Shown here one piece after another: positions 26,401-38,900 of a stretch of DNA of 64,000 nucleotides. The notes beneath the pieces are model-generated. The model had not been told where the DNA came from. It ran no database searches and saw nothing but the letters and a program-made list of their open reading frames with translations. How positions within the stretch are numbered: position 1 is the stretch's first letter; the number at the start of each line of letters is the position of its first letter. Origin of the DNA: Magallana gigas (lineage: Eukaryota); NCBI RefSeq assembly GCF_963853765.1, contig NC_088855.1, forward strand, positions 47,802,001 to 47,866,000. Direction: 5' to 3'. The position numbers and the translations under genes are program-made.

Positions 26401-27204
26401 TAGAATCAATGAGCCAGGTATACTTATATATCTTTGGTTTGATTATATCTGAGTCTCACCAACATTCTTTTTGCCGTGTTCACCACTGTTGTATAATAAA
26501 CAGGTACCATTCAAGAAGAATTATCAAAAAGAATTTAGCTTTGGCATTTATTAGCAAAGAAGATAAATATACATCTACCATGCATTCCTGTCACAAACAA
26601 ATTTTAATCATAAAAACACTAGTACATGTACATGTGTATTACCTTTTGCAATAATGACATGTATTATTTTTTTTTCAAGAATAAATTATGTTTTAAAGTT
26701 AATGGATAGCTTTTCACTTTTTTAGACTTGTTTATTAATATTTTACAGCTGACATTCTATGAAGCATTGAATAACATAAGACCTCCTCCACCATCTCGAC
26801 CTTTGCCGTCTGTAAGGCAGGACGAGGATGCTCTTTTACAAAGGTAATCGTATGTTATTATTCTATCAGAATTTCAAACAAGTAAATACTGTATACTTCT
26901 ATTTTTTAATACAATGGCAAATCATTTTGTTTATTAGTGCCACAACATTTGTAAATTAAAAGGTGCAAAAATTCTCACAGTAACCGATTCTTCCAGGGCA
27001 ATTGCAGAGAGTTTAGCATTACAATCAGGAGACACAACTTATCCAGAAATTCTTCCTGAAACCAACAGCAGCAGTAACCTTGACGACGACCTTAGACTAG
27101 CCCTCCAACTGTCTCAGCAAACCTTGACAGAGGATGAGAAGAGACGGAAAGAAGAAGAGGAGGAACTAGAAAGAATTCTGAAGCTCTCAATGCAAGAGAA
27201 GTGA
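16123..27204 (+). CDS. ANKRD13: Ankyrin repeat domain-containing protein 13 (A/B/D-like) with four C-terminal UIMs
   Basis: Exons: 16123-16224, 20427-20562, 20703-20827, 20952-20997, 21147-21200, 21845-21934, 22265-22448, 22602-22668, 23515-23676, 23801-24080, 24469-24630, 24893-24993, 26749-26843, 26997-27204(TGA). Motifs: [113 protein letters not shown]. UIMs: [55 protein letters not shown]. Confidence 0.96.
17085..18199 (-). mobile_element. hAT DNA transposon, internal-deletion derivative (1115 bp) in ANKRD13 intron 1
   Basis: TIR TAGGGATGTCAA (17085) / TTGACATCCCTA (18199); exact 8-bp TSD GAAAATAT at 17077-17084 and 18200-18207; subterminal CGAGTACC/GTACTCGG repeats at both ends. Confidence 0.93.
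17305..17798 (-). pseudogene. Truncated, frameshifted hAT transposase N-terminus (BED zinc finger up to the first catalytic Asp)
   Basis: ATG at 17798: [33 protein letters not shown] 1-nt loss in the G run near 17696-17700 shifts into [14 protein letters not shown]...[15 protein letters not shown]...[10 protein letters not shown]. The remainder of the transposase is deleted. Confidence 0.88.
18490..19480 (+). repeat. Two diverged ~135-bp direct repeat copies (18490-18620, 19341-19480)
   Basis: Both contain acgctaaaggt..tgctc.gtcta.acattgtga....agtagagcagacatcac....aaagtaacaa....gaaaatagat.aaaac..ctagttgca; probably fragments of one interspersed repeat. Confidence 0.7.
19900..19975 (+). repeat. 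Possible remnant of the oyster Helitron-associated ~166-bp satellite core
   Basis: ttacaaaacattttttggtgaagggggttcaagttctttaaatgaa resembles, from memory, the core aaagcatccttgggtgaaggggattcaagtttgttcaaatgaa; single degenerate copy. Confidence 0.35.
21545..21792. mobile_element. Poly-G-rich MITE, TIR CAGGCACGTAGCA, 5-bp TSD AGTGA
   Basis: agtga|CAGGCACGTAGCA ... TGCTACGTGCCTG|agtga. Confidence 0.85.
21923..21990 (+). repeat. 32-bp tandem duplication spanning the ANKRD13 exon-6 splice donor
   Basis: tcaaaggcctcg|gtaacatgtcaatatcaata occurs at 21923 and again at 21955. Confidence 0.92.
23070..23451. mobile_element. Second copy of the poly-G MITE family, 5-bp TSD CTTGC
   Basis: cttgc|CAGGCACGTAGCA ... 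TGCTACGTGCCTG|cttgc. Interior is homologous to 21545-21792, plus a (GT)n tract and long G/C runs. Confidence 0.85.
25026..26210. mobile_element. Non-autonomous TTAA-TSD (Kolobok-like) DNA element, 1185 bp, in ANKRD13 intron 12
   Basis: ttaa|GGTGGCTCTATACACC ... GGTGTATAGAGCCACC|ttaa: perfect 16-bp TIR and intact TTAA flanks. Confidence 0.9.
25858..25928 (-). other. Degenerate tRNA-like Pol III cassette (A box and B box) inside the TTAA element
   Basis: Minus strand: TAGCGCAGTGAG (A box) and GTTCGAATCC (B box); acceptor and T stems do not pair, so it is not a functional tRNA. Confidence 0.7.
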
Positions 27205-28032
27205 CCGGTTCCGTTTGCCAAGTTCTCCGCCCATGGCTAGTCTAATTTCAATGGAAAGGAAAGAAAATGCAGATTATATGATGTTTATGTGCTTTACCAG
27301 GTGTAATGTGGTATCTGTTTAAAAACTGTCAAATGTGAGGATGGATCTCATCATACATGTACAAGCAATGGAGTTGACCGATCAGGCGCCCCTTTCCATT
27401 AGGTTTTACATTCCTCCAACTATAACAATGTTGTTAATTGATGCAGTTGTGACGCTGCCAGCTTCTGTGTTGGAAATGAGTTATTAAGCCTCTTTATGAT
27501 TAAGACTTCTTGGCATTGTGAATAATAAAACTCAGTTGTCTTGTTCAGGTAAACATGTGCTATGTGTATGTGTTCATTGTTCAAAAGTCTGCAAGTTTTT
27601 CATACCTGTATTTTGTTACAAAATCCTGTGTACTCTACCTGTGTTGTTGCTTAATTTATTAAAATTCATATTACCGGTATAAAGTGCTATTTTTCACTTA
27701 GTATATAATAAAATTGATGTATCTGTGTGCAGGTTTCCACAGAAATGGTAATACATGTACCTTCAAAAGTTATATGGGTAATAAGGTACCGGTCCAATTC
27801 TAGCTAAGTGATGTGAAGGGACTTGCATGCACTACTGTGTTAAATAATCACACATTGTTAATTTTGTGCAAAATTAACTACCATAGTTTGCCCCTGTTAT
27901 ATAATTAAAAAGAACAGTCCTTCGACAGACTTGGTTTGATAAGTCTCGTGTACGGTACTCCTTTGCTCTGGCAGTCATGAGGAACAGACACAAGTAATGA
28001 ATCAACACAACTGTGATACGGGATATCAATAT

Positions 28033-28238
28033 TACTGTATACAGGGAAATATTCACCCCCGTTTTATTTTCACCCCTTTCGCCCTCGTTGTCAGCTGGCG
28101 AATTTGAGACCTGGCGAATTCCAATGTCTCAAATGAAATCGTAAACACAAACGTGCCTTGGCGAATTTAAGATGGGGCGAAACTGAAAGTGTAGAAGGGT
28201 GAAAATTACCTGGGGCGAAAATAACCCAGTATACAGTA
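28033..28238. mobile_element. ~206-bp TA-flanked MITE
   Basis: TACTGTATACAGGGAAATATTCACCCC ... GGGGCGAAAATAACCCAGTATACAGTA imperfect TIR; internal GGCGAA/TTCGCC repeats. Confidence 0.75.
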
Positions 28239-28304
28239 TATCAGAGGATTTAATATTTTCAACAAGAAATTGAACCTTCTTGCTAAAAGAATGTGGGCGC
28301 TTAA

Positions 28305-29220
28305 GATGTAGATTCGGCAGGAATCTGGGCACACAAGGAGAGTGAAAATTTCATCAATTAATTTTGAATATTTTTCGAATTATAACCGTTATTTGGTTTC
28401 TGTTGGATGTGGAATGAGTGGAAAAATATTTGAAATGCTAAAGGTTTTATTATAATATGGGTCTAAATATAGCAACACGATGCAATTCATGCAAAATCCT
28501 ACTTATTTACAACTGTTTTTAAATGATTTTGTTGTCTCTGGGTCTTCTCTCCACAAATTTGAAACGTGTAAAGGTAACATATTTCAACATTAAAAATGTC
28601 GCATTTTAAAAAAAGATGGAGAGATGACCCAGAGATGACTAATTATGTACTTTTCAAATTATTTTTTGAAGGATAAAAAACAAAGTCCATTGATATGACA
28701 GTGGTGTTTCAAACAGTACTTTATAAAGCATATATATTGACAAGTCTCCGTGGCTCAGTGGTTTCGTCCTGGATTTAGTGAATACATACATTCAGTGTTT
28801 TGGGTTCAAATACAACTGGTGGTCTTTTTAAAAAAAATTAAACTTTTTTTGTTTTAAATGTATGTTATTATAACATGATGTTGAATTATAATATACCGGT
28901 ATATTTTAATTTGTTTTTATTGATTTCTAGATCTGCTGTATGAACACTATAAAAAAATTCTTTTCTTATTACTAGTTTTTTAGGATAACACAATATAACT
29001 TCATTAAATAATGTTTTCATTAACATTTCCAACTAGTTATCGGTTTACCTCTCATTGCCATTTTTTGAAAGCTTTGTGGGTTTTTTAATAACCGGAATAG
29101 CCATGTACTTCGACCCTCAACATAATATATTTTTGTTGAAACCTGTACATAGCCTTTCGAGGTTATAGACATTTAAATCCCAATTGATTCGTGTCGAGGA
29201 TTCCTGCAAACTTACAATCT
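28305..29220. mobile_element. Older TTAA-type DNA element with an internal tRNA-like cassette (~28747-28826)
   Basis: ttaa|GATGTAGATTCGGCAGGAATC and degenerate GATTCCTGCAAACTTACAATCT; A box TGGCTCAGTGG and B box GGTTCAAATAC on plus. Confidence 0.55.
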
Positions 29221-30703
29221 TGTGCGCTCACTTTCTTTCTATAGTCAATTATACTCATAAATGTTATTACATGTATCATTTTTATTTCAACAGTTTTATA
29301 GTCTGTAGAGTTACAATTTACCAACAGCCATTTCCCAGTGTTAACAATGTGAAACACTGTATATTAGCTAATCATGATACGTAACAGTACAGGCAATCTA
29401 AAACAGATGACAAACAAAATCTGTCAGCGCACATTATGTCTTGTATACTACATTTGGTTTAATGAAGCACGTCACATGTCAAAATCATCCATACTATATA
29501 TCCAGTTATGATTCAGATGAACTGTAATTTATTAAACTATTAAATGTATATAAATAAAAGGCACCAACACTTAATTTCAAATACCGTATATATACAAGAC
29601 AATCTGCATTATAATTACTCCCATTTTTAACAAATCAGGCAGCTGTATATCTCAAAGACTACATGTACTTGTACATATGTATCTGTCCATTATGAGAGAG
29701 ATTGATTGTCAAGGATTAAATATTTCAAGATTTTTAAATTGTACAGCTAACATGAATTCATAAAAAATATAAACATAATTGTTTCATTTCGAACACTGTA
29801 AATTTAGATGCAGAAGAAGTCGGATAGTTGGCTAGTGATTTACATGTAAATACCAATGCACCTACATGTATTGAAATGTTGTAAAGCAACACTAGACATG
29901 TCACCCATAATAATGGGGACCCCTAGTGATGTTGATGGTGGCCTGAACAAACTTTTTTGAGTTTTATTTTTTTTCTATATTGATACAAAATGATTTTTGT
30001 CACTTCTTTGAAAAACAAATATCGGAGTGAAAACATACCTCTGAATAAATTTGCTACCTATTACAGATGTAAATAATGGAGACATACCGGGTACACGTAC
30101 AGTGGCCCATTTATTGCTACAATTTTTTTTTTTTACAAAAACAAAAGAGATAACTATATTTGTCACACTTTAAATGATTCAAATATAACTGTGATAGTTA
30201 TTTCTTTAAAAATGTTCGACAATATAATGCAATACATTTATACAATGTAACCATGAGAAATGAACACCAATTTCACATGAGGAATGTTGTCAATACATAC
30301 ATTACATAATAAACAGAGTGGATGCGATATGCGTCAATAAGAATCCAAAACCGAATGGATTTAACAATTATTACCAATATAAAGAAGAATGTACTGGTAT
30401 TAAAATACACTTCTTAAAACACTTTCGGAATACATGTAGTTTTAAAATAAATCTCAAATAACAGCTAGAATTGATAGGATTGAATCCCATTGAATACACA
30501 ATACCAGAGTTCAAACACTATAGTTATTAGTAGCTTGAATACACATGAAAATGAAAATTTGAAAGAGGATCAATGATTGATAACTCATCACAGTACTATG
30601 CTCCATCAACATCTCCTATACACACCAATCGGACTCTCTCTATCCCTCTCAAACACAACTGTTCCACAGGACACTCTCACACACTGATATCACAGGGACC
30701 TCG

Positions 30704-33325
30704 TCAGTGAAACGCATACAACATTAACAAAATGGTACAGGTTGCTATCACACTCGCCAAGATGATGGTGTCTCTTCTCTTTCGCAGATTGATCTTTTGA
30801 ATTAAGTTGTTGATGACAGGGAAACGATCTTTAAATATGTTAAGGAGTTTCACAATACATTGGTTTATACACTTTTGAATTTTTTTGAGGTGTTTGTTTG
30901 ACTTGCTTTCTTGAATCTATCGAAAATACATGTTTAGTTACCAGTAATTTATTTTTACACTGAATATGATAGGGCATCAGGCATAGGCTCTTTTTAATAT
31001 TTCAATTAAATGACCATAAAATTTGATTCTACACAGGAAAAGGATACTAGCTAATGAGTTCATTCTCTGTGTAATGCCACCCAACATTTTCTTCTGAGAT
31101 TGCATATTTTCTTTTGTGGCTATTGCAACACTGAAATATAAGAAAAACAAAATTTAATTGTGAAAATGAAGTGTACTGGCTAAACTTGCAAATAACCTCC
31201 ACAAATGATCATCCAGATCAGATTATGCTGTTAAACTCTTCTTACCTTATCTGGTCATCAATCAGCCTGTCTGAGCTGTCAACCAAAAAACATAATTTTC
31301 ATTAATTTCAGGAATTAAATATTTGAATTCTACAAGTAACCCGTTATTCTTTTTTTTAAATGTATCTATACATGTAGTAGATTCATTAACTTACTTTCTT
31401 ATGTGTTCATTTTCCTTTAAATAAAGATCTGTTCTTCTGTTAAGGCCGGAGGAATTCTTGTATGCACTAAAAGATTTAAAACTTCCAAATGAAAATCAAG
31501 GAACAACAGGATTTGCCACTATTGCATTGATACTTGAGGACATGATTATGTACATAAACAACTATGTGGCTGGCTTTGTTATTATTTTACAAATTAAACA
31601 CAATATATCAATGGTTATTCATATTTACTTGATATCTCTATGGACTGATCCCAGAAGGTCCTCTCGCTCCCTCAAAGCGGTGATGTTGGTCCTGGTTTTC
31701 TGGAATTCGTGGGAGTAATCCTGAAGGATGTCTCTGTGCCTCTGTAATGTGTGAAGAAGTGCCGCACTGGGTGAGTTGGTTCCTATGTTCTGTGTGTAAT
31801 CTGCCATTCTGTCGTTAGTTTCCTGCAGCTACAAAATTAATGAAATAATTACAAACGTATCTGTCAGATTTGAAGTTTCATTAGAAGTTTTGGATATCAC
31901 TGTTACTGGTAAAATAATGAAAATTTACTTTTAGAATTACCAAATGCTATATGATGGGTAGATAGCAATGAAATAAATCAAAATGTAATTGTTCATATAA
32001 ACATGCACCCATATAGAGAAATCTATTTACAATTGCACTTGTTTAATATGTTCACAGACTATTTCAAAAGTACATAACTTTTCTAACATTTCCTTCTGAA
32101 AGCATGTCAGTAATACCTTAGACAAAAGCTGCTCAATCTCCATTGCCATGGTATCAAACATATGTTCACTGCTAGACCTCTGCATCAAGGGAGACGACTC
32201 ACTACAAACCAGTGATATTTTATCATGAATGCTTGTATGGTAGAACAAGCGTATGTGTCTATCATTTTACTGCATTGAGATGTTGTAGCTACATCAATGA
32301 TATTCGATGAATGAGATTTCCACAACTAGGTTGAAATATTTGACAATTATACAAGAACAGATTTATGATTGACTGTACCAAGATTGAACAAAACATCTAT
32401 TTACTGACTAATGTAGATTCCAAATTAAATGCGTAAAATCACAATTTTTAAGAATCACCTTTCGTGAATTTTAAAATCTCACCATTATTTTCTGAGAGTT
32501 GAGAACTACTGGTATAAGAAACAAGGAGAAAAGTTCCACGCCTGCGATTTTTTTGCCCCCCCCCCCCCCTCTCAACAATTCTCTTAAGCATTCTAGATTA
32601 ACACTATAACCTGTTCTTTGCAAGTGACAATTGTGTATAAAAACTTTCTTTGACTTTCTCGACTTTGCCTTGGGATATAGTTGCCATCTTGGAGGACAAT
32701 TTGCTTCTGTCCCCATAACCAATAAATAGGTACAGTATATATTACGACATACAAAAAGTAGGGGTGAAGCATCAAATGAGATATTGAGGATTTGGAGAGA
32801 AAAAATACACTGTGACCAATACATATGGTCTTTGATTGATCACAGCAAATTGTTCTTTTAATAGATTTTCACTATTGGTCTCATCCATAATGTTTTTAAA
32901 TTTATTTCTGGTACTTCTCTCAGTCAAATCATATATTTACCTTCCATAATCTGAATGAGAATAACTTGTTCCAAGTTTGCTAAAGGAAACAAGCTTCAAA
33001 TCTATTTCATTTTCAAGCTGTCTTGCCTGTTTCCGCAAATCTGAAAATAGAAAACATAACCTTTATTGTTCAAAATTTGTATAAAATACTTTATCTGGAT
33101 CTTCATTTGGTTTCATTACTTATCGAATGTTTTGACAGGTATTTTCCGTAATATCTAAATATACATTTTAGATACTCAAACAGCAAACAAAATCTTAACA
33201 GAACATTCACGTAAGTTGAATATACACAAGAAATGGTGTTCTCAAATTGACAAACTGTCAAAACAGATAGAAATACTTGTGTTTACAAATTGCATACCTT
33301 CCCATCGGTTCCCCATATCTGCCAT
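30704..33325 (-). CDS. GOSR1: Golgi SNAP receptor complex member 1 (GS28 SNARE)
   Basis: Exons (minus): 33325-33298, 33040-32941, 32201-32117, 31828-31629, 31466-31395, 31275-31246, 31130-31048, 30828-30704(TGA). MADMGNRWEDLRKQARQLENEIDLKLVSFSKL...MFDTMAMEIEQLL...HTLQRHRDILQDYSHEF...RFPVINNLIQKINLRKRRDTIILASVIATCTILLMLYAFH (C-terminal TM anchor). Confidence 0.97.
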
Positions 33326-33346
33326 ATTATTTCCACCGTGTCGAAA

Positions 33347-33356
33347 TCTCGCGAGA
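33347..33356. promoter_or_regulatory. TCTCGCGAGA palindrome (CGCG element) 21 bp upstream of the GOSR1 ATG
   Basis: Exact 10-bp match (12-bp palindrome ATCTCGCGAGAT) at the GOSR1 promoter. Confidence 0.7.
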
Positions 33357-33627
33357 TCTCTCATGGTCGAAATTTTTGTATGCTGATATAAATGGAATGT
33401 TTTTTCGTGAGCTGAGCTTTAAACAATCACATGTCAGAGTGTGAAGTTTTATTAACAAAATATAAAAATACTGTAATAGAGTATTTATTATTTAGTCTGG
33501 TAAATTTATCTTTTTAATCTCGATGTAAAGCAATTTTAGAAGTAATATCAATAACCACTGAAAAGTTAAAAGAAAACATTTTTAACGTTAACGTTTATCT
33601 TTTACATCTTTTAATATTAGTAACGAT

Positions 33628-33688
<61 letters not shown>
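33628..33688. repeat. (CT)n microsatellite
   Basis: Directly visible. Confidence 0.95.
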
Positions 33689-33693
<5 letters not shown>

Positions 33694-34556
33694 TATGATT
33701 TTTTTTCCATCATTCTCGTATTAAAAGAAGACTTCAATGTAAGTGTATATATATGTACTTTTTATTTCGTAATTTAACGATCGAATTTAATATCCAAAAT
33801 TCTGCGTCTTTTTAACTTGTAATCATAATTACTTTTCATCTCGTTATAATTACTTTTCATTGCGTATTAAGACTTTCAAAAGACCTAATAAAAATATGAA
33901 AAGTTATTGAATTAACTTTCATTTGGCAACAACGACGGCTAATATCTTGTTTTATTTCTAAAACAAAAATAACATTAAAATTATTCAAACAAAGTGATTA
34001 AGGTATAACGTTTTACCACCATGGACTTTTTTCTTCATTTTGAATGACTAACATACTATATTCTCTTTTGAAACATAGAATAATGAGTTCAAGAATTAGA
34101 AATTAATTTATAGAGACCCCCCCCCCCCCCCCCAGAAAAAAAGAAAAAGAAAAAAAGAATCTAAATATGTTAATCTAAGAGCAATATTAATGCACAAGTC
34201 AACATGTTCGAGAACTGCCCAACTGTCATAGCCCCGCAGTGAAAGTACATCTCTATGCGATTGTATTTTATGTAAAACATCCCAATTTTTGGAATTTTGA
34301 GATTCTTTATTTCAAAAAGTAGCAAAATTCTGTATTAATTCTGGAATATCATTCAGGGTTAAGATTCCATGCAAAACTTAAAAGAAACTAATTTTTGATT
34401 TGCTCGATTATTTCTATATTATTAAGAACATCATTTTGCCTCGATCTAATACAATATGAAACAAAATGATCTGCACAATCATCATTGTTCTGTGTGGCAT
34501 ATGAAGACGAGGGCTGATTAAGATGCGTTTGGCTTGATTGTCGACAAGTTCATGCT

Positions 34557-34663
34557 CATGCGCGGACCTACATTGTAAAGGGGGGGGGGGGGAGGGGGGG
34601 TCGGATTTACGTAATAAAAAAATTGCCTCGGACCAAAAAATTTTTTTGGGGGATCCGCGCATG
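34557..34663. mobile_element. Short poly-G MITE with CATGCGCGGA termini
   Basis: CATGCGCGGAC ... GATCCGCGCATG around a G tract; no clear TSD. Confidence 0.55.
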
Positions 34664-35679
34664 CTTTGCTTATCATTTTAAAACACGGTAGTGTTAAACT
34701 CATTCAGCTTGTCGTCATTAATTGTGAGCTGGATATAGTATAGGTATATTGAACCGATTCGAAATTCCCTATTGCACCCTTGTCCTAATGTCTGCATTGA
34801 GTATCTTATTAGATCATCATGATACAATAAATCTATCTTTTTTTTCAAGAATCTTGCAGAATTTTTCCAAAAATTATACTCAAAACTACGAGAGTTGTTA
34901 GAAAACTTCGCGGACAATTTCAATTGTGAGTAAACTATTCTATTCGCATAATACCAGTGAAACTTTTCAGATTTAAGCTTGACGTATTTTCTAAGAAATA
35001 TGTAGTAAAGATTTGTATGTATTAAATGCACCATAAAAAATATACAGCATAATTATTTTGATAAGATAGGCTTCATGGAGCATGTCAGATTTTTTATTTT
35101 TGTATTTTGTACGCATTTGTACCGTTTAAGCGCACCTTATGAAGGTCATTTTGTGAAAGTTTCAAATAAATTGACGAATTCCTAACCATTTTATCCCCGG
35201 ATTTGGCAAATAACTCAGAATCACACTTAGAATAAGGAAGAACTGATATTTTGAGTCTTGCGGCAGACCCCCCCCCCTTACAACCCGGGTCTTGCACCTA
35301 TGGATTTCGCTTTTTTTCCCTTATACATCTAAAGTCGAAACTGCGTGGACAGAAAGACATTGTTAAAAAAACTGACAAATAATAATATGAACGTGCATTT
35401 TAAAAATAGGTTAAATGACTTGTGGAACTGAAAGGTGTTTACTTTGATAGAGTAACAGGTTTGATTTTCAGTGGTTTGACGTCACCTGACGTTGTCACTG
35501 GAAATATGAAATGATGCGCCGTAAATCTAATTCATGCAAAGTAACAATCGCTGCATCTTTTTTTAAAATTCAAATTCTATTGTTTTTTGCATACTTATTT
35601 TCAGTTGACAGTCATTTAATAAGTAAATTTATTTAAATTTGCTTAGTTATATAGAGAAAAAAATCGGGACCGTGATGTC

Positions 35680-35738
35680 ACTTCGAGAGATCAAGAACTT
35701 CGAGAGATCGAAGTTCGAGCCATCGAGTGTCACCTGTA
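35680..35738. mobile_element. Single terminus of a pogo/Tigger-like element
   Basis: cttcgagagatc..cttcgagagatcgaagttcgagccatcgagtgtcacCTG|TA: TCGA-repeat subterminal pattern ending in CTG-TA; other end not found. Confidence 0.45.
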
Positions 35739-35977
35739 GTACCAACTGTATGAAATTCACACAGCGAAGATGGGCAGTATATTGTATTTCATTAGTTGAA
35801 TGTAATTTATAACCACCGATTTTCATTATGATGAACTTAATTTGTAAAAACTTCTAAATTTTTATTGAATTAAATTAACATCAACACAGACGGAAATACA
35901 ATGAAAACTAAAAAATAAACTCTACTGATACATGTATGGCACTAATAATTATCCGAAAAATTCTAACAGCAGCACGA

Positions 35978-38900
35978 CTAAAAGTGTTTCAGATATTGGT
36001 CGCAATGTTTCTGGTGCGATCCCAGCGAACTCCGCCACTTGAACTTCATTCCACACGAGCACGAGTAGCGCGTAGCACTATGTTTCCCTAGTGTGTGTTC
36101 CCGTAGCGACGCCTTCCCGCGCAATTTCATCCCACAAATAGAGCACGTGTACACGGCCATGGACCGATTCTTGCATTTTAAGACATGCATTTCCAAGGAC
36201 ATCTTGTCCGAGAAAGACATCTTGCACGCGGGACAGAAGAGAGGTCCCCCAGTATGGGCTGCTGAGGATGGAGAGGGCTTTTTCTGTGAGCTGCCTAAGA
36301 ACTCGATGTCACGTGGCTTGTTCGGAGCTTTATTTACATACTGTCCCGGAAAGTTTTCACGCGATGGTTTTTCTACATTCCTGTTCAAGCCTTTTTCATT
36401 GGTGTCACCCTTAATATTCTCTGAGGAAAATATCTTGGACAGTGACGCCGACATTTGATGATACAGCTGTTGCATGTTGAGAGCGTTAAATCCGAAATTC
36501 TGATATGGTATATACTGACTCAAATTGGCCATCGAATCTCCTACAGGGAAAACCATACCATACGGATTGCCAGAAGTGTGCATAAAGGCATTGTTCTCAG
36601 TTTGTGTAGAATTTAATGAATGATGACTTTTAGAGAAATTAGTTGCTGCTGAGGAAACTGCCATAGGTTTGGATGGATCATTTGCTGTTGTCACCGGCTG
36701 TGGAGTGTGCTGGTTAATCGTCTTAGGCTCAGGTTTTAAACTGCTTGATGGACTATTCTTATTAGCTGGCCATTTCACATTGGCTCGCTGTTTCAAGCTT
36801 TCGATTATTTTTTGGGTCGCTGGCGAGTTGAGATCTGTCTTTAGGGAATTAGATAAAGGCTTATTGTTCATTTTCTGTACAGTTAAATCTGCATGCGCTC
36901 TTGGGGGCAAAGGGGAAGGTTCTTTTGTTTTGAAATGTGAGACTGTGTCAGCAGCAGAAGGTTTGGGGTACCTGACTTTTAAGTCATTCAGTATGGTATG
37001 AACACCAGGAATTTTTCCAGTGCCATTGTCATTGGAGAATTGCTTTGGTTGCAATGGCTGTTCTCTCTCTTGTTTAGCCACTATAGGTGGTGGTACTATG
37101 TTACCACTGTTTGATGCCAGACTACCACTGTGGTTCAGCCCATGTCGCTTCCTGGTGTACCTACACATGGTGGTTGGATATGGTTTGTTGATGCACGATA
37201 TTGTTCCACTACAGTTCCGTCTGTGTCCACTGAAAGAGCTCCTCCATTTGAAGGTCTTTCCACAAGTGCAAGCATACCGCCTTACACTGCTGTGCTTACC
37301 TTGAACATGTTCTCGAAGATAGGCTTCAGAAAGGAACTTCTGACCACATATCTTGCATGGTTTCACTTGTGAACTCTGTTTCAAATTGTAAATACCCTGA
37401 ATTCCATGTCTCTCATACAAATGCTGGATGAAAGAGTAAAAGTTTTTCAAAGTTATATTGCATATTCGACATACTCTGTGCTGTGTGCCTTTTGCATTAG
37501 CTAAATCAAATACAAATCTACACTGAGAGTTCTGGATATGCTGAAGGAGGTCCTGTGATGACTTGTACGAGCCCAAACAATTAGGGCACTGTGAAAACAT
37601 TTCAAAATTGTCTCCATATCTTTGCTCATAATGCCTCTGCATTTCAAGACTCTCCTCTCTGTAATCTGGTTTATTGCTGAGATTCAAAACCTTTTGTTCT
37701 TCTTTTTGACTTTCACTTTCTTCAGTCCTTAATGAATGAAGCTGATTTTCTTGTCTTACATTGCTAGACATGATAGGAGCCAACGTTTCTCCCTGCAAAC
37801 TAGAGCAATTCATGGCTACATTCATTTTTGACAAATCGACAACTGCTACCTCATCCTCCATGTAGAAGGTCTCATGTTCTGAATTTTTATCTTTTTCCTG
37901 TGAAACCATATTCTTTCCCTCTGATATATTTTGCAATTCCATAACATCTTGCAAGGAACATCGCTCTTCCTTCACTTTGGTGCTATTCTCTTCTGCATAG
38001 TTTTCAGAAATGGCCATACTTTTGATTTTAGTGTGGTCTTCTCCAGATTTGGATATTGCTGCTGCAAGATTTTCAATATTTTCCATGGTTGACATGTTAC
38101 TTTGACAATCTTTAGGATGCTCTTTTTCTTGAATATTACCTTCATTTTCCAAACTTTCCTTTTTTATTTTAAAATTCAAAGGCACAATATCATTTTTCTC
38201 AAGAATTGAAGTGTGATTACCCTTTGCAACTCTGTGATCAGTATTCTCGGATGATAAATTGTGCACATCATTAAGTTCTTGGGTCTCCTCTGAATGTGAA
38301 ATTCCTTCCTTGATAAGATTCTCACGTAGTTTTGCCTCCATGCTGTTGTCTTTTAGTAAAGCTGTTGATTCAGTATCTATTGTTTTCTTTTCCTGTTCTT
38401 TTTTATGATTTTGATGGCTTTTCAGTTTTCTTATCTTCTTTAAACTGACTGATTCTTTCTGTGTCTTGCAGACTTTTTTGTGCTGAAAATAAAGGCTTTT
38501 CCAATGGAAGTATTGTCCACAAGTACAGCCATTCCCCAAAAAATTTTTCTTGATTTCATTCTGATGCAAGTTTCTCAAGGGATTGATGTGCAACCTATGA
38601 CAATGATGATTATTGAATTTTCTCCATCTTGGTTTCAATTTTAGTAGTTTTGGAAAGCAGATATGTGTATGGAATTTTAAGGTCTTTGTGTTAAAAAACA
38701 TTTTCCCACAAACAGGACATGAGGTTTCCACAGAATGACCAATTTCTTTTCCTGGTGGTGTTTTCCTTGAAGAGATCTGGTGCTTTATTGCAAGATGAAA
38801 GTGCAACTTTAATGTAGAATGAAACTGAGAAGTACATTTGGGACATTTGAACACTTTGGTAATAATGTCAGTGGAACCTGTAGGAGAAGTTGGCAAATCC

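Noticed and set aside
36093-37372. Plus-strand ORFs of 80-121 aa overlapping the zinc-finger exon
   Set aside because: Antisense shadows of a long coding exon with no independent motifs.
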